Shown: positions 25,800-40,000 of the stretch, piece after piece
How positions within the stretch are numbered: the first letter of the stretch is position 1
How the letters are laid out: each line of letters starts with the position of its first letter
DNA from: Octopus sinensis
Lineage: Eukaryota
Direction: 5' to 3'
DNA length: 64,000 nt
Assembly: GCF_006345805.1 (NCBI RefSeq)
Contig: NC_043004.1
Span: forward strand, 92,442,001-92,506,000
Made by a program: the position numbers and the translations under genes
Notes under the pieces: generated by a model
Seen by the model: the letters and a program-made list of their open reading frames with translations, nothing else
Told to the model about the DNA's origin: nothing
Database searches by the model: none

Positions 25800-26680
25800 T
25801 CTCCGTCTCCTATCCATGGAATTGTCGTGGGGGTATGGTCCTCTGGTACCGTCTCCATAATGTCGTAACAGAAATAACCGTCATTACACTTCCCGACTGG
25901 ATTCTCAAACGTGACAGACTGATTATATGAATATTATCCAACTTTCTAGCTCTTAGCCTACCCGTGGGTTTCCTGCCGGTTGGTTCGACTTGAAGAATTC
26001 ATCTGCAGTACTGGAGCAGTGACTTCTCAATATGAAGAAGTAGCATCTCAGCCTGGAGAGATTCCCTGATTTCCAAGTTACACATACTATCGAATAACGT
26101 TACTCCAGAGACTTTTCGAAGAAACCCCCTTCGCTCACTCGTATTCGCGATCATGCTCTTTCAGTCATTATCCAACATTTATGACCATAGGTGAGGATAA
26201 ACTCGAAAACCGAGGTAAAGATAATAAATTTGGCGTTTTACCTCTTCTGAGGATTGAATACTGGAACTGATGCATTACTGAGCCAGCGCCAACATTCTAG
26301 CAGGTCCTGAATTACTTAAACGTTTCTACTTACTTCAGTGATCTTCCACTAATATGCAGAATGCATTAGAAGCACTATTATTGAGCGGTCGATGTCTCAG
26401 TCTTCGCAACACTAATTCTCATTCCAAGCTGGCACCACTCGGCAGCGAATTCATACAGTGAATACTATATATATTGATTGCTTTCTAATTAGTCAAGCGA
26501 GTATCAGCCGACCGACTTTACAGTATTTGATTGTAATACTACTTCCACAACGACGACAGCGCATGTCAATCCAGAAAAGGAATGTTGACGCTGTGTACCA
26601 CTATCGAAGTCCAGCAGACACGTTGAAAGGCTTTGAGTTGAGTACATTTACCTTTTTTAAGAAATAGACACGTAGACTGA
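25800..26680 (-). pseudogene. Decayed RTE-clade LINE ORF C-terminal region
   Basis: GMRISVAKTET, ILTYGHKCWIMTER, GFLRKVSGVTLFD, EPTGRKPTGR remnants on the minus strand. Confidence 0.8.
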
Positions 26681-27969
26681 AGTATTAACAACTTACTGTA
26701 CACTACAGGATTGTAAACTTCACATTTCAAATTTAGTAATAAAATATTGTCAAAAATGTGGACCATATTGCAATGTAAACATATATACTGGTCTCAATTG
26801 ACACTATACGTCTGCTTTGCAGTGATGAATATATCTGGAATTAACTATAACGTAATGTGTACGGAAAACAGCAAATCGATCGGTATAAGAAGAAAGCAAT
26901 TTTATATTATAAAAAGAAATAAAAGATTTGCAACTAAATATTTTGTTCAATACTGTGTTTAGAATATTTTCAAATGCTCGACCATTTACATTACTTATAT
27001 GATTCACCACGCCCTTCCCCACTCAAATCCTTTCAAGTAACAGTTAAATAGTTATATCATGTACCATATATCTGCTTCACTTTTTTTATTGACATAAAAG
27101 TAAAAAAGGCTTAATATCTCGAGTACGCGTGTACTTTCGTGTACTTGAAAATTTGCAAGATTGCCAAATTTTCTACTATGACTCACAGTATATGGTCAAA
27201 TACACGTGATATTAGCTATATATGTTCATATTTAAAGGAAAGTAATCAATAAACCAGAACGAAAGTATTCAGTAATAAAATGAATTGGTAATTTATGTGG
27301 GAAGGTAATATCCAATATCACCGAAATTTTTGATTGAATTCTACGTTAGTAATATATAATGAATTATTAAGAAACAAAAATAGCAATACTACCATTCTTT
27401 GGATTTTTAATTCTTTCTTTTAAAATTTAAACATGTCGACATTCCTTATTAATATTTTGATAATAATTTCTAAATAGCTTGGGTTTCTTAAAGAATGGTG
27501 GTAGTAAAAGTCAGCTTTTTATTTTTTTTCTGAAGAATATGAAATTTTATTTACCGTTAGGGTTTTATAAAAATATGTTACATTACGTTTGCTTTCGATG
27601 TGAGAAGGTAGGGTGTTATAAGGGGAGATCCTGAAGACGAAGGGTCGATAAGGTAGCGAAGAAACTCGAGTGCAAGACTTCATATGGTAGGGTGAGGTAA
27701 ACACGGGTGAGCAAGCTTGGTCAAAATGTCATGTATGGACAATATTTTAAATAGCTAACATAAAAATGACTAACTAAAGTATAATGGGGTGGATAGATGT
27801 AAGAGATGAAAGTATTACACACACACACGCATGCACGCACACACGCACGCACACATCCATACATATATGTGTGTGTGTATATGGGAGTGTGATCTAATAA
27901 ACACAAGATTTAAATGTGTGCTATTATTTTCATGCTTGGGTAGAACAGTAACCAAATGGGTTTGCATAG

Positions 27970-28350
27970 TGGACAGAATAATTGTCTGATAAAGTCGATA
28001 GTATACAGTGCTAAGTTTGAATCAAACAGCAGTGGTCAACCCAAAACATATATTGGTGCAACGGAATTCACTTTAAAAACCGTTATTACAAGCATAAGCA
28101 TTCATTTATCAGCCCCGACAGAAAATGTGATACGGCTTTGTCGAAGTTTATTTGGTTCTTGCGTGAGAAAAACCTCACGATTTCAAAATTACCTGGTTTG
28201 TTGTAGATAATGCGTAACTTTACAAGAACGAGAGTGTCAAAGCAACGATGTGGCAAGACCTTTGTCTGAGCAAAAACCTGAAAAGTTTGACTCAAAGGAC
28301 TAATAAATACAAGCCACCTTGAATTTCTCTCTGGTTCAGAAAAAACAGAG
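27970..28350 (+). pseudogene. PLE GIY-YIG endonuclease fragment (frameshifted)
   Basis: CLIKSIVYSA..KTYIGATEFT(fs)RYYKHKHSF..TALSKFIWFLRE..KITW..DLCLS. Confidence 0.85.
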
Positions 28351-29169
28351 GTTTTCGAACTGTTTAAGAGATAAGTTTTATTGATATATAATCTTAATAT
28401 GTGCGTATTAGTAATATCTTGTAATATTAGTATATGCCCATAAGCATTTGTAATGTATACGTATAGGTATATGCATAAACATACAATTCTGCATAAATAT
28501 ATCATTTGTGTATACATGTGTGTCCATGAGTGTACATATGTATACAAAATTTTTAAAAAACGGATATATACATTCATTGTTTTTAAAAACATTAATAGAA
28601 ATGTGTATTGTAAGATATAAATAAGATGATAATACACAATTCGGCACTTATAAAAATAATAAATCTTAGTTCTTTCATATCTATATACACGTAGTTATAA
28701 ATTAATTAAAATATTGATTAAATATATTACTTATGAATATGCTTTTGGAACATTGTTTAAACTGCAACGCAATTTCATGGCTTCGATTGTATGGAGCTTA
28801 TGTTGCTTATAATATTACTACGAGAACCAGGAATAAAATAAAAAGCGTGAGCTTAAAGCAGCCGTTTTCACCCGTGTCATTCACAAAGGTTTTCAAACGA
28901 AAGAACTTACGAGAATAAACGTCTTCTTCACATTTTCATTTCATATTTCAAAAAATATTTAGATCGCGAATATTCACAAAAGAATACCAGGCTCGGTTTA
29001 GCAGCTGATGATCGGAAACGAGCAACTCGGAGTACTGGAAATTGGTACATTACCGTTATAGCATATTAAAGAATACTCTACATTTTTATTTAGTTATTGG
29101 GTTCTGTAATTTATTGTGTCTGGTGAAGCAACAGAGATTTACATAATTATATATATATAATTGTTATTA

Positions 29170-29890
29170 ATTGTTACTGGCGGTGCAAGATAGTGCCTAC
29201 ATTGCTTGAAATGAGGACTAAAAGCCCTTACATCCACAACGACGCACATGTCTATACTCCTACAGGGGAGATAACCGCCCCACAGCGAGCGAGATCACTA
29301 TTCTAGTTCAGTTTCGTTTTGAAATAAAAGTTCGTCAGTGGTGAATACTCCATCACTGGAGAGTTTGGCTAAATTCCAACTATCTGTACATAGTATTTAC
29401 CATATAAATCAGTGGGTGATTCAGCAAAATGGTAATGCGAAAATTATAAAGGCAGCTATAAGAAATATAAAACCAAAATGAAAAATTTCAGCAATCACTA
29501 ACTGGGGATGAGAGTGCAGGGTAGCACCTACATTGCTAGAAATAAGATCTAAAAGCCCTTACAACCGCGAAGAAACACACATCTATGCATCTACAGGGAA
29601 GATAGTGGCTACATTGCTTGAAATAAGGGTTAAAACCCCTTACATCCACAACGACACACATGTCTATGCTCTTACAGGGGAGATAACCGCCCCACAGCGA
29701 GCGATATCACCAAATTAGTTTAGAGTCACTTTGAATTAAAAGTTCATCAGTTGTGACTACATTATCGCTGGATTGTTTGGCTAAATCCCAACTGTCAGTA
29801 TATAGTACACAGCACCGTCAATTACGATTACTAACAATTAAATTTTTCCATTTTGGTTTTATATTGCTCATAGCAGCCTTCGCTATTCTC
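29170..29890 (-). mobile_element. Partial tandem pLTR-like repeats (~412-bp offset) with an internal inversion and hammerhead relics
   Basis: 29195-29395 resembles 29605-29805; 29438-29488 is the reverse complement of 29838-29890; CUGAYGA cores at 29296-29343 and 29708-29755. Confidence 0.65.
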
Positions 29891-29896
29891 TCTCTC

Positions 29897-29968
<72 letters not shown>

Positions 29969-30984
29969 GTGTGTGTGTGTGTGTGTGTACGTGTGTGTGT
30001 GTGTGTGTGTGTTTGAGTTTGTATGTACACATATATGTATGTATATCAGTATTATCATTAATATTCTGAATGTAGTTGAAATGAGAGAAATAAGAAGAAA
30101 TAAAAGTATAATTTAAGTATAATAAAACACGGTTTATTAACCTAATTAAATATAGGTAATGTTGATGAAGTAAAATCCTTTCTGCTATAGGCACAAGGCC
30201 TGAAATATATTGGAGAACACATGGACCCACTGCTCAGCCGGTACCTATTTCATCAACCCCACAGGAGAAAAGGCAAAGTCGACCTCATCGGAATACGAAC
30301 CCAGAACGTAAAGACGGACATGTTAATGTAGTAAAATAAAACACTATCTTGTAGTTTAGGAAGCAGCTATCTATTTTTTATACAAAGAATCTTTCTTTAA
30401 ATGACAATTACGTAATTGGAACATTTTTTTTTAGCTTAATTAACAACATATTTGCTTTTACTTATATTTTTGGGGTGCAGCTGGCTTGAAAATCCGGTTG
30501 AGCTCCTGGTAGAAGGGTGCTTAAATAAGAATCGAATGCACACCTTTATTACCAAAAAATATTTAATTTTGTATTTGCAAATGTGACGTAACAAACTATA
30601 AAGAATATTTGCAAAGAAATATGATTATAAAAAAATGAATGATATAATACTTGTGCGATTGCAGGCGCGTGTAAACCATTTGACAGGTCATGTTTCATAG
30701 TTGTGACACTTTTGTTCTAGAATAACAAGGGCACGTTAAACTTGTGGCTTGTGAGAGAGAGAAAAATGCTAGGTCATTGAACCTTCGGTCGTTTAATCAA
30801 AATGTCCATTAATGAAAATTAGTCCGAGTGTCTCTTCTAATTACATTGACCCCTCCATAGATACAGCACGCACGCACACACACACACATATAGTCACACA
30901 TTTGATTGCATGTATATAAAGATGCAAACTGACATACATACACACATATATACATGCATAGTATAGCGTGTGTATATATATATA

Positions 30985-31024
<40 letters not shown>

Positions 31025-31122
31025 CCGATGGCCGGATAACTGAAGAGATGGCGGAGTGGTTTCCGCCTCGGCATCCGTATCTCCGAACCGTATAATTGTC
31101 ACATATTACATTTACAGATATA

Positions 31123-31171
<49 letters not shown>

Positions 31172-31706
31172 TATTGTTTTATTCTTTTACTTGTCCAGTC
31201 ATTTTACTGTCGCCATGCTGGAGCACCACCTTTTAGTTAAAGAAATCGACCCCCTAGACTTATTCTTTATAAGCCTAGTGCTTATTCTATTGGTGCCTTC
31301 TGACGAACCGCTAATGTTACTGGGGCTTAAACACAACAAAATTTATATGATGCATGTGACACATGGTCATGTAATCTATGTACAAGTAATTCAATACCGG
31401 AATTCACCTTGACCTTATTTTACTATTTTAGTAGACATGTATGCATGAAATCATGCTCAATAATACACAGCTAAATTATGATGTATTTTCGTCACTGACC
31501 GCGGTCACAATTCTCCTGCTACCAGCTTCTATATTTCAGTCAGAAAGTAACATCTATTCATACAACAACAGTAGTTAGTAACGGGAAGATAAACGTAGGG
31601 ACACACAGAAAAAGAGAGAGAGAGGGGGGGGAGAAGGAGCAAATGTGACAGAAGTGATAGATAAGAGCGAAGTTTACGCTTTCCACCCGAATATCGATAA
31701 CCTATT

Positions 31707-31755
<49 letters not shown>

Positions 31756-31759
<4 letters not shown>

Positions 31760-32472
31760 CTACAGAGTATCTCAACAGGCACGATAGAGCTGCACAATAT
31801 ATTCACTGGGTAATCTGTAAAAACCTGGAGTTGCCCCATGAGAAAAACTGGTGGAACACAAACCACCCCCAGTGCTTGAAAATGACCACATCTCACTCCT
31901 CTGGAACTTCACCATTCAAACTGACAGGAAGATAGATGCAAATAGGCCAGACATCATATTGAAAGACTTCAAACAAAGAACATGCCTCCTCATTGATATG
32001 ACTGTCCCAATCGATATAAACGTATCTGTCAGGACCTACCAAAACTGAGCAAATATAAAGATCTTGAAATAGAAATCAGCAAAATGTGGAAGCTGAAGAC
32101 TAAAACATTACCTGTTGTCATAGGTGCCCTGGGAATGATAGCAAAAGGGGCTGATAGCTACCTAACTCAGATACCAGGAAACCCAAAAATGGCAGAAGTT
32201 CAAAAGATAGTGCTCATGGGAACTGCTCATATCCTACGCAAATACTCTCTATGTAACCTCAAGGTTTAAAACAACCATAATTTTCGGTTTAAAAAAAAAA
32301 AAAAAAAAAAAACTTTTTTTTTTAGACATTCATTAGTACAACATCTCACCCCCCAAATATATGGCACACTAGGCATAACAACAACATGAACTTCCAACCC
32401 TGTTGTCTCTTGGGGTCTCTGGGTGAGACTTGGAGCCAACTTGTACAAATATAAAGCAAAAGTCAAACATAG
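31756..32472 (+). mobile_element. 5'-truncated R4/Dong-clade non-LTR element (RLE endonuclease + 3' UTR) inside (TAA)n
   Basis: EYLNRHDRAAQYIHW..ILWNF-like ISLLWNFTIQTDRKIDANRPDII..LIDMTVP..KYKDL..PVVIGALG..GTAHILRK; frameshifts near 31853 and 32044; (TAA)n on both sides. Confidence 0.9.
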
Positions 32473-32485
32473 AATAATAATAATG

Positions 32486-32542
<57 letters not shown>

Positions 32543-32710
32543 TCTAATCATAGAAAATGTAGAGAACGTTTATTTATTTAGCGTAAATTTTTCTTCAGTC
32601 TTCATGTCATCATAAGTAGTGTAATAAAATTCATTAAAATATTATATAAAAATTTACCGAAAGAAATAATATTAAGAGATTCACTTATTCATAGTTTTGC
32701 TTCAGAAACA

Positions 32711-32762
<52 letters not shown>

Positions 32763-34816
32763 CAATAATAATAATAATGATGATGATGATGATGATGATG
32801 ATAATGATGATCTACATCCAATTCTTCATACTCATGCAATTGTTTTAACTTCGTTATATTGTCCAAAAGAAAATTCATATATTTTGAAATCACTAATAAT
32901 TTTTATTAAGTTTGATATCGGATTGACTGAGGATCCTTTTACGTTAAGTTTCAATCAAAACATTTTTAGAAGCCCTACAAGAACCTCTTAAACTAGTTTA
33001 TTGAAGTATATGTTTTTATTTGTATTTTTTTTTAAAAACAAAAGAAATCATATTAGAACGTGTCAAACCTCTACGGAACGATGTTGATCTTTGTGTTTCA
33101 GAGACACAAATACATAGTAATATATTCCCGTTTCAGAACACAAAATTTCAGACCCAAAATGTCATATCTCTCGTCTCCCCCACAGCAAACTCATAAACTT
33201 TAGTATATAACTTTTGAGCCCAGAAACCACCGCTGCTTACTACCATCTCATATACAGTTTTAGAACTCGAAGTTATAAAACCCTTCTTAGAGATAAATGG
33301 CACTACAACCTTTCTTCTGGAAGAAAAACAACAAAAATAATACACCATGCTTTGGTGAGTATTTATATTCTTTGGGTGTTCGCTATTTCTCTAGACCCCT
33401 TTTTCTTCTCTCTCTCCCCCATGTATACATATGCACGCACTCATATATCCTAGCATATACACACATATATACAATAACCATGCACATATACTTACTTTCA
33501 CATGTAATACGAATCGACTGAACCAGTTCACTATTACTCTGACGTTTCTTTGATATCTGTATATATTTGTATATACTTGCATATACCTTATACTCTGCTA
33601 TGGTATCGGATAGTTTCCTCACTTTCATTAACTTCAATGCAAATACATATGCGTGTGCGTACTTATATTTGTATATATTAAATGCATGTATGAACATATG
33701 TGTGTGTGAGTGTGTGTTTGTGTGTATGTGCGTGTGTGTGTATGTGTGTTAGTATATGTGAGTGTATATGACTAATCTTCCCAACGTCATCATTCTCATT
33801 CTGTGGAGAGTATATCACCAGCTTTGTCTAAACGACCTTAACATCAAGTTTATTCTTCATTCAAAGCTGGGACCCGTGCCATATTCCCTCAACGCAAGTT
33901 AGGTTCCCAATACATAACTACATTGTAACAAAATTGCTTTTTCCTCAACAAGCCGTGCTTTATCTAATATTACCTCAAAACAAATCAAAGCTAAAAATCT
34001 CATAACCTTGAAACGATAGGTAGAAAATTTTCTTCAGAGTATATCAGACGAACCACATATAGCTGGATTTATTTTAGTCGAAAACATTGCATTACTTGAC
34101 ATCACAAAGCTTTTAAGACGACAAAACAGAATCTCTCGGGTGGTACTATGATGCTTAAACACACCCTGGGCCAATTTTAACCGAAGCATAAAGTTTGCTA
34201 AAGTTTTATATATATATGTGTGTGTATCCGTTTCCTGTGAGTGTTTGTACGCGTGTATGTGTATGAACGTATATGAGTGTATGTGTGTGTATATACATTA
34301 TATGTATGTACGTATGTATGTATGTATTATGTGATTGTGCTAAACGAATAAAGGGGTACACTATACATGTTTAAGATTATGTTTATGAAAATTGGGTGTT
34401 TGTTTTGTGATTCAACAACGTGATCTTCAGGCTATATAAGTGAAGATCGTGTTTGAGTGAAACTCGAATCATGAGGTAAGCATGCATTTCAACAGGCATA
34501 CACACACATACACAAACGCGCACACCCACACACACACACGCACGCACACACACACGCATACAGACATACATACGATTGTATATATATATCACTCAATATC
34601 TAGAATAAATCATCTGGTTGTGTAGATGTTTCGTAATCACTTCGTGAAGAAAATTATATAACACACCATCAAGCATGAGAATTAGCTGCATTAATTAATT
34701 AAGGAAGTATTAATTAGACCTCATGTAAACTTCGGTGCAATTATAGCCGCACAGGTATTCTGTCGTTGAAATGTTTTACGTATATGTATTTACATATGTG
34801 TGCGTGTTTGTGTTAC

Positions 34817-34863
<47 letters not shown>

Positions 34864-35519
34864 CAGGGCTAGAGAGCAAGAACAGAGATAAGACAGAAGG
34901 CGAGAAAGAATAAACCATCTAGTGATATTTAGATATTGTAATTAACGTATGAAGCTAATTACATATCATATGGAACACGTTCTGAATGCTGAATAAGGTC
35001 CACCTGGGTAAATTTCGTGATTTTTCATCTGTAACAGCCACGTGTTTCCCCACTAGGGATTTCAAAGAAATAAATATTCTGGTATAGAGTGAATTAAATC
35101 GTGCGATCTATATGTTGCGTTAATGTAATTTTCTCCAACATATGAATGACTTGTTGGTTGTAAACAAGCGGCTCCAAACCTTTTTGTGTTCTTGAATGTC
35201 AACGTACAGCATGGTGATATTATCATGTAATAAATGGAATGGTTTATCGCCACCTCAGTATAATATTATTTTGCAAACCATCTGCTTTATGGCCCCTAAC
35301 GACCTCTCCTCAGTTCGGTAATACTGACCCTGTGGCAGCTACTGGTATAAACATAATGATGGCTGTGTAGTTAAGTGTTCGCTTTGTAGACATAAGATTT
35401 CGGGTCCGGTTTTCGTGTTGGACACTCATTACAAGAAAAGAAAAGATATATATCATAACTTCGAGTTTACCAAACACTTATATATGGAACTGGGTCGTTG
35501 TCGCCGGCTTTATCTTGTA

Positions 35520-35945
35520 TCCTTGGTTCCGAGGGTTACGGAACACCACCGCATTCTATGTCTCGGTTTTGTGTTTCAAACGATTTAGACTCAAGATCTG
35601 TGTCTTTCAGTGTTATTTTGCGTTGGTCTTTGTAACTCCAAAGAGGGAATCCTCGTGGTCTTTTCCCTGAAATGAGCTCGCTGAATAAGACTTGTCCTGT
35701 GAACCTTGACTCTTCCATTCTTGATACACGCCCTGTAGATATAACGAACTGTATGAAAGCTTGTCAGAGGCACTGTGTCTATTTTGGTGTGAAAGACATT
35801 GTTTAACGTTTTTTTTTTTTGAAACCACCTCATGGTCTTCGGATACTTGTAGCAGAGAACAATATGTTGGAAGACTTCGAGCCAGGCGATATTCTGAAGA
35901 TAATTTTCCACGTTCCAACCACTAGTCTCCGAGTATACTGGAAAA
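35520..35945 (-). pseudogene. Decayed RTE-clade LINE C-terminal fragment
   Basis: MEESRFTGQVLFSELISGKRPRGFPLWSYKD (cf. RLPKQLLYGEL..GKR..GRP..RYKD). Confidence 0.75.
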
Positions 35946-35999
35946 GTTCGTAGAAAACATAAGAAGAAAAGTAAGAATTATACCTGTGTTGTTAATTAC

Positions 36000-36405
<406 letters not shown>

Positions 36406-36996
36406 GATTAAGACGTTGTTTATTGATTGAACCAACTCTAGCCGTCCATTTCCTCTTCACTTATCACCAACCTCGTTACCACCGATCTTATCAATGTCTG
36501 ACCTCAAAAAGGATTTTAAACTAGGTTACCAAATACTCTACAAATTAAATATGAATCACATCAAAATAAAAACTAGAACTAACATTTAAAAATGTAAAAA
36601 AAACAGATAAAAAAGGTAATTATAAATTAGAAAAAATTAATACATAAAATTTTTTGCGGGGAAAAGGTATTTTTAATGCAGAAGTCATACAGAAACATCT
36701 CGAATGCTAAAAGTAAAAAATTGTATTTTTGGTATAATTTCTAACAGAGCTTATTAATTTAATTGCTAGGATTGGTATTTCTTTAATTTGTAATGACTTT
36801 GTTAATGATACACACGTTAATGAAGTTGCTGCTGCTGTTGTTATTGTTGTTGTTAATGTGAAGATGGATGTTGTGATAATGCTTGTTGTGGTGATGATAG
36901 TGCTTGTTATCGTGTTTGTTGATAGCAGAGCTTTCATCATAGTGATGTGTGCTATTCGTATACCTTTTTATTTTTTACTCTTGTTATTTTTCTTGA

Positions 36997-37617
36997 AGGC
37001 AGCGAGCTGGCAGAACCGTTAGTACACCGGACAAAATGCTTAGCGGCATTTCGTGCGTCTTTACGTTCTGAGCCAAACATTCTGTCGAGGTCGACTTTGC
37101 CTTTCATCCTTTCAGGATCGATAAAATAATTGCCAGTCAATGAAATCGATTTCCTCCTCCCCTGCGGTCTTTGTGTCAAAATTTCAAACCATTATGGCTA
37201 GTGTTCATGTAGGTAGCGAGCTGAAAAAAACCGTTATATGCCGGACAAAATGCTCAGCGGCATTACTTCCGTTTTTACGTTCTGAGCTAAAAATTGCGGC
37301 GAGATCGTCTTTGCTGCTCATCCTTTCAGGGCCGTTAAAGTAAGAGGGGTTTATGTAATCAACTTCCATCTCTCTTCATAAATTGCTGATCCTAGCAAAA
37401 ATTTGAAACCCTTATTATCATCGTTCTTGGAGGCAGCGAGCTTGGAAATCCGTTGGTACGCCGTGTATCTTTACGTTTTGAGCTCAAATTCTGTCGCGCT
37501 CGACTTTCATCCTTTTCGCGTCAATAAATAAATACCAGTCAAGTACTGGGGTCGATGTAATCAACTTTTCCCCTCCCCTCAAAAACTGCTGGCCACGTGC
37601 CAAAATTTGAAACCATT
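36997..37617 (+). mobile_element. Three head-to-tail diverged SINE B copies
   Basis: aggcagcgagctg starts near 36997, 37210 and 37431; each ends aaatttgaaacc-like. Confidence 0.8.
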
Positions 37618-38074
37618 ATTTTTGTTGTAATTGTTGGTTGTTGTTGTGGTGGTAATGTTTACGGCAGAGCTACTGCTGGTGGTGATGGTGTTAGTGGTGG
37701 TAGTAGTGGTGGTGGCGCTGATGCTACTAGTAGTAGTGCTTTATATTGTTTTATACTCTGTGGTCGTTGTTTGCTTCCTGGTCAGTCATAACTGAGCAGA
37801 ACTATGATGGAAGCTCTGCTATCCATGACCATCAAATATTTGCAGAGAATTGTTGGACAACATTATCCAGCATTCCCAAAACGGCGGAGTGATAGCTTAA
37901 GGAGATATAACTGTAATTGCTAGCAGGACCAGCGACCACTTAGGGGCCCTTTGTGTTTGTTCTGATAAATGCGACATAATGTTCTTGCTCATGATTGGTG
38001 GCGGAGGCGATTCTACTGGTGGTGGGTGTGCAGGTGTTGATTAAGGGGAATGATAGTCGTGGTGGTGGTGTCCT

Positions 38075-38515
38075 AGGTGATGATGACGATGGCAGTTAGG
38101 ATGGTGTGATTGATGTTGATGATGATGATGATGATGATGATGACGACGACGATGATGATGGTGGTGATGATGATGATGATGATATGATGATGATGATGAT
38201 GATGATGACGATGACGATGATCATGATCATGATGACGATGACGACGACGGTGATTGTACTGTTGCTGGTATTGCAGGAGATATATGATGATAACGGCAAC
38301 GAAGACAACGATGATGGCAGTGGTGGTGGTGACGACGATGGTAGCGATGCTGCTGTTGCTGCTGATGGGGATGATGACAAAATGATGATGATGATGATGA
38401 TGATGAGTATGATTATGATGATGATGAGGAGGAGGAGGAGGAGTATGATGATGATGATATGATGATGATGATGATGATGATGATGATAATGATGATGATG
38501 ATGGTGAGGATGAGT

Positions 38516-38555
<40 letters not shown>
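38075..38555. repeat. (GAT)n/(GAC)n low-complexity tract
   Basis: Direct reading; produces the poly-D and poly-M ORFs. Confidence 0.9.
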
Positions 38556-39304
38556 CGTTGAAATTGCTGCTGATGTGGTTCACAGTGATCGAGCTGTTGT
38601 CATTCCTGTTTGTAATGGTGGTTGGTGATGTTGACGTCAATGTGTGACGGGGCATGTCCGCTTAAAATGTTTATTGTTATTGTTATTTTTTCCTATTTCT
38701 CTTCTGTGTGTGTGCGCGCACGAGCGTCTATTGTTACCACTACTGCTACTACAACTTTTTCTACTTCTATTATTGTCATGTAATTACTTAATACATTCTC
38801 TCTCACTCTTACTAGCTGTCTCTCTCTTTCTATCTACTTATTTATCTATCTATCTATATCTATCTCTCCCATATCTCTTAGTCTTTTCTAATTGTTGGTT
38901 CTATATTTTTACATCTTCTATGTCCTAGTTTATTCTGGCTTTCGTATTTCATAAAACCAGACTCATCAGATAGACGATTTCTTTCTCAGTCGATCTATCT
39001 CATTAGAAATCAAAGATTAGACTGGATTTATGACTTATTGATCGAATTATTGATTTATCGATCAAGAACGCGCGCTCCATGGTCGAGTCCATATGATAAA
39101 GGACACTAAATAGAGGCAGTGGCTCTTTCTGCTGAGATTATACTGAGCCATTGTATGCTAAGTACAGTGAAAAAATTGTTAGACCTTCCGTCGTATGTAT
39201 TATAACGCAGGTGGCCGTGTATTCCGCAGACAAATTTATCTTTAATGTAATTGTTGGACAGAATCAGTATAATGTAATGTGGAAGAATAGCTAAACCATT
39301 GTAT

Positions 39305-39600
39305 TGCAGATTCTAGTTGATGCGATCAACGGAACAGCCTGGTCGTGAAATTAACGTGCAAGTGGCTGAGCACAACACAGACACGCGTGCCCATAACGCG
39401 GTTCTCAGGGAGATTCAGGGTGACATAGAATATGACAAGGCTGACCCTTTGAAATACAGGTACAGCTCGTTTTTGACAGCTGAGGGGAATGGAGCAACGT
39501 GGAATAAAGTGTCTTGCTCAAGGACATAACACACCGCCGGGTATCAAACTCGCGACCTTACCACTGTCGGCCGAATATCGTATTCACTAAGCCAGGCGTC
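39305..39600 (-). mobile_element. SINE, C-like head with the D-type tail
   Basis: 39318-39462 matches 47075-47224; 39480-39600 is the reverse complement of a C-type head/core. Confidence 0.75.
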
Positions 39601-39792
39601 TTTACCTCACATTTCAGATACTGTTCATCAAGCAGTTTTTGACACAGTATATACCTATGTTTCGCTGACACGATTTTCGACAACTTCAAGTTTAGAAGAC
39701 GAAGCACTGTAAGTTCGTACGCAGGATCTCACTGTTGCGAACCCACTTTATTAACCTCACGGCCATGCCAGCGCCTGTTATTATAAATACAA

Positions 39793-40000
39793 AGGGCGAA
39801 GAGCTGGCAAAATCATTAACACGCAGGACAAAATGCTTTGCAGCATTTCGTCTGTCTTTACGTTCTGAGTTCAAATTTCGACGGGGTCAACTTAGTCTTC
39901 CAAGCTTTTGGGGTTGATAAAATAAGTATCGTTTGTACACTGGGACTTATCTATTCAACTATACCCCTCCCTTCCAAATTTCAGGCCTTGGGCTAATATT
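39793..40000 (+). mobile_element. Diverged SINE B
   Basis: gagctggcaaaatc...ttacgttctgagttcaaatt...ggggttgataaaataagta. Confidence 0.75.

Noticed and set aside
29000-29055. ctgatgatcgg...gaaattggta hammerhead candidate (similarly 27628-27672)
   Set aside because: Helix I does not form; at 27628 helix II is also missing and position 17 is G.
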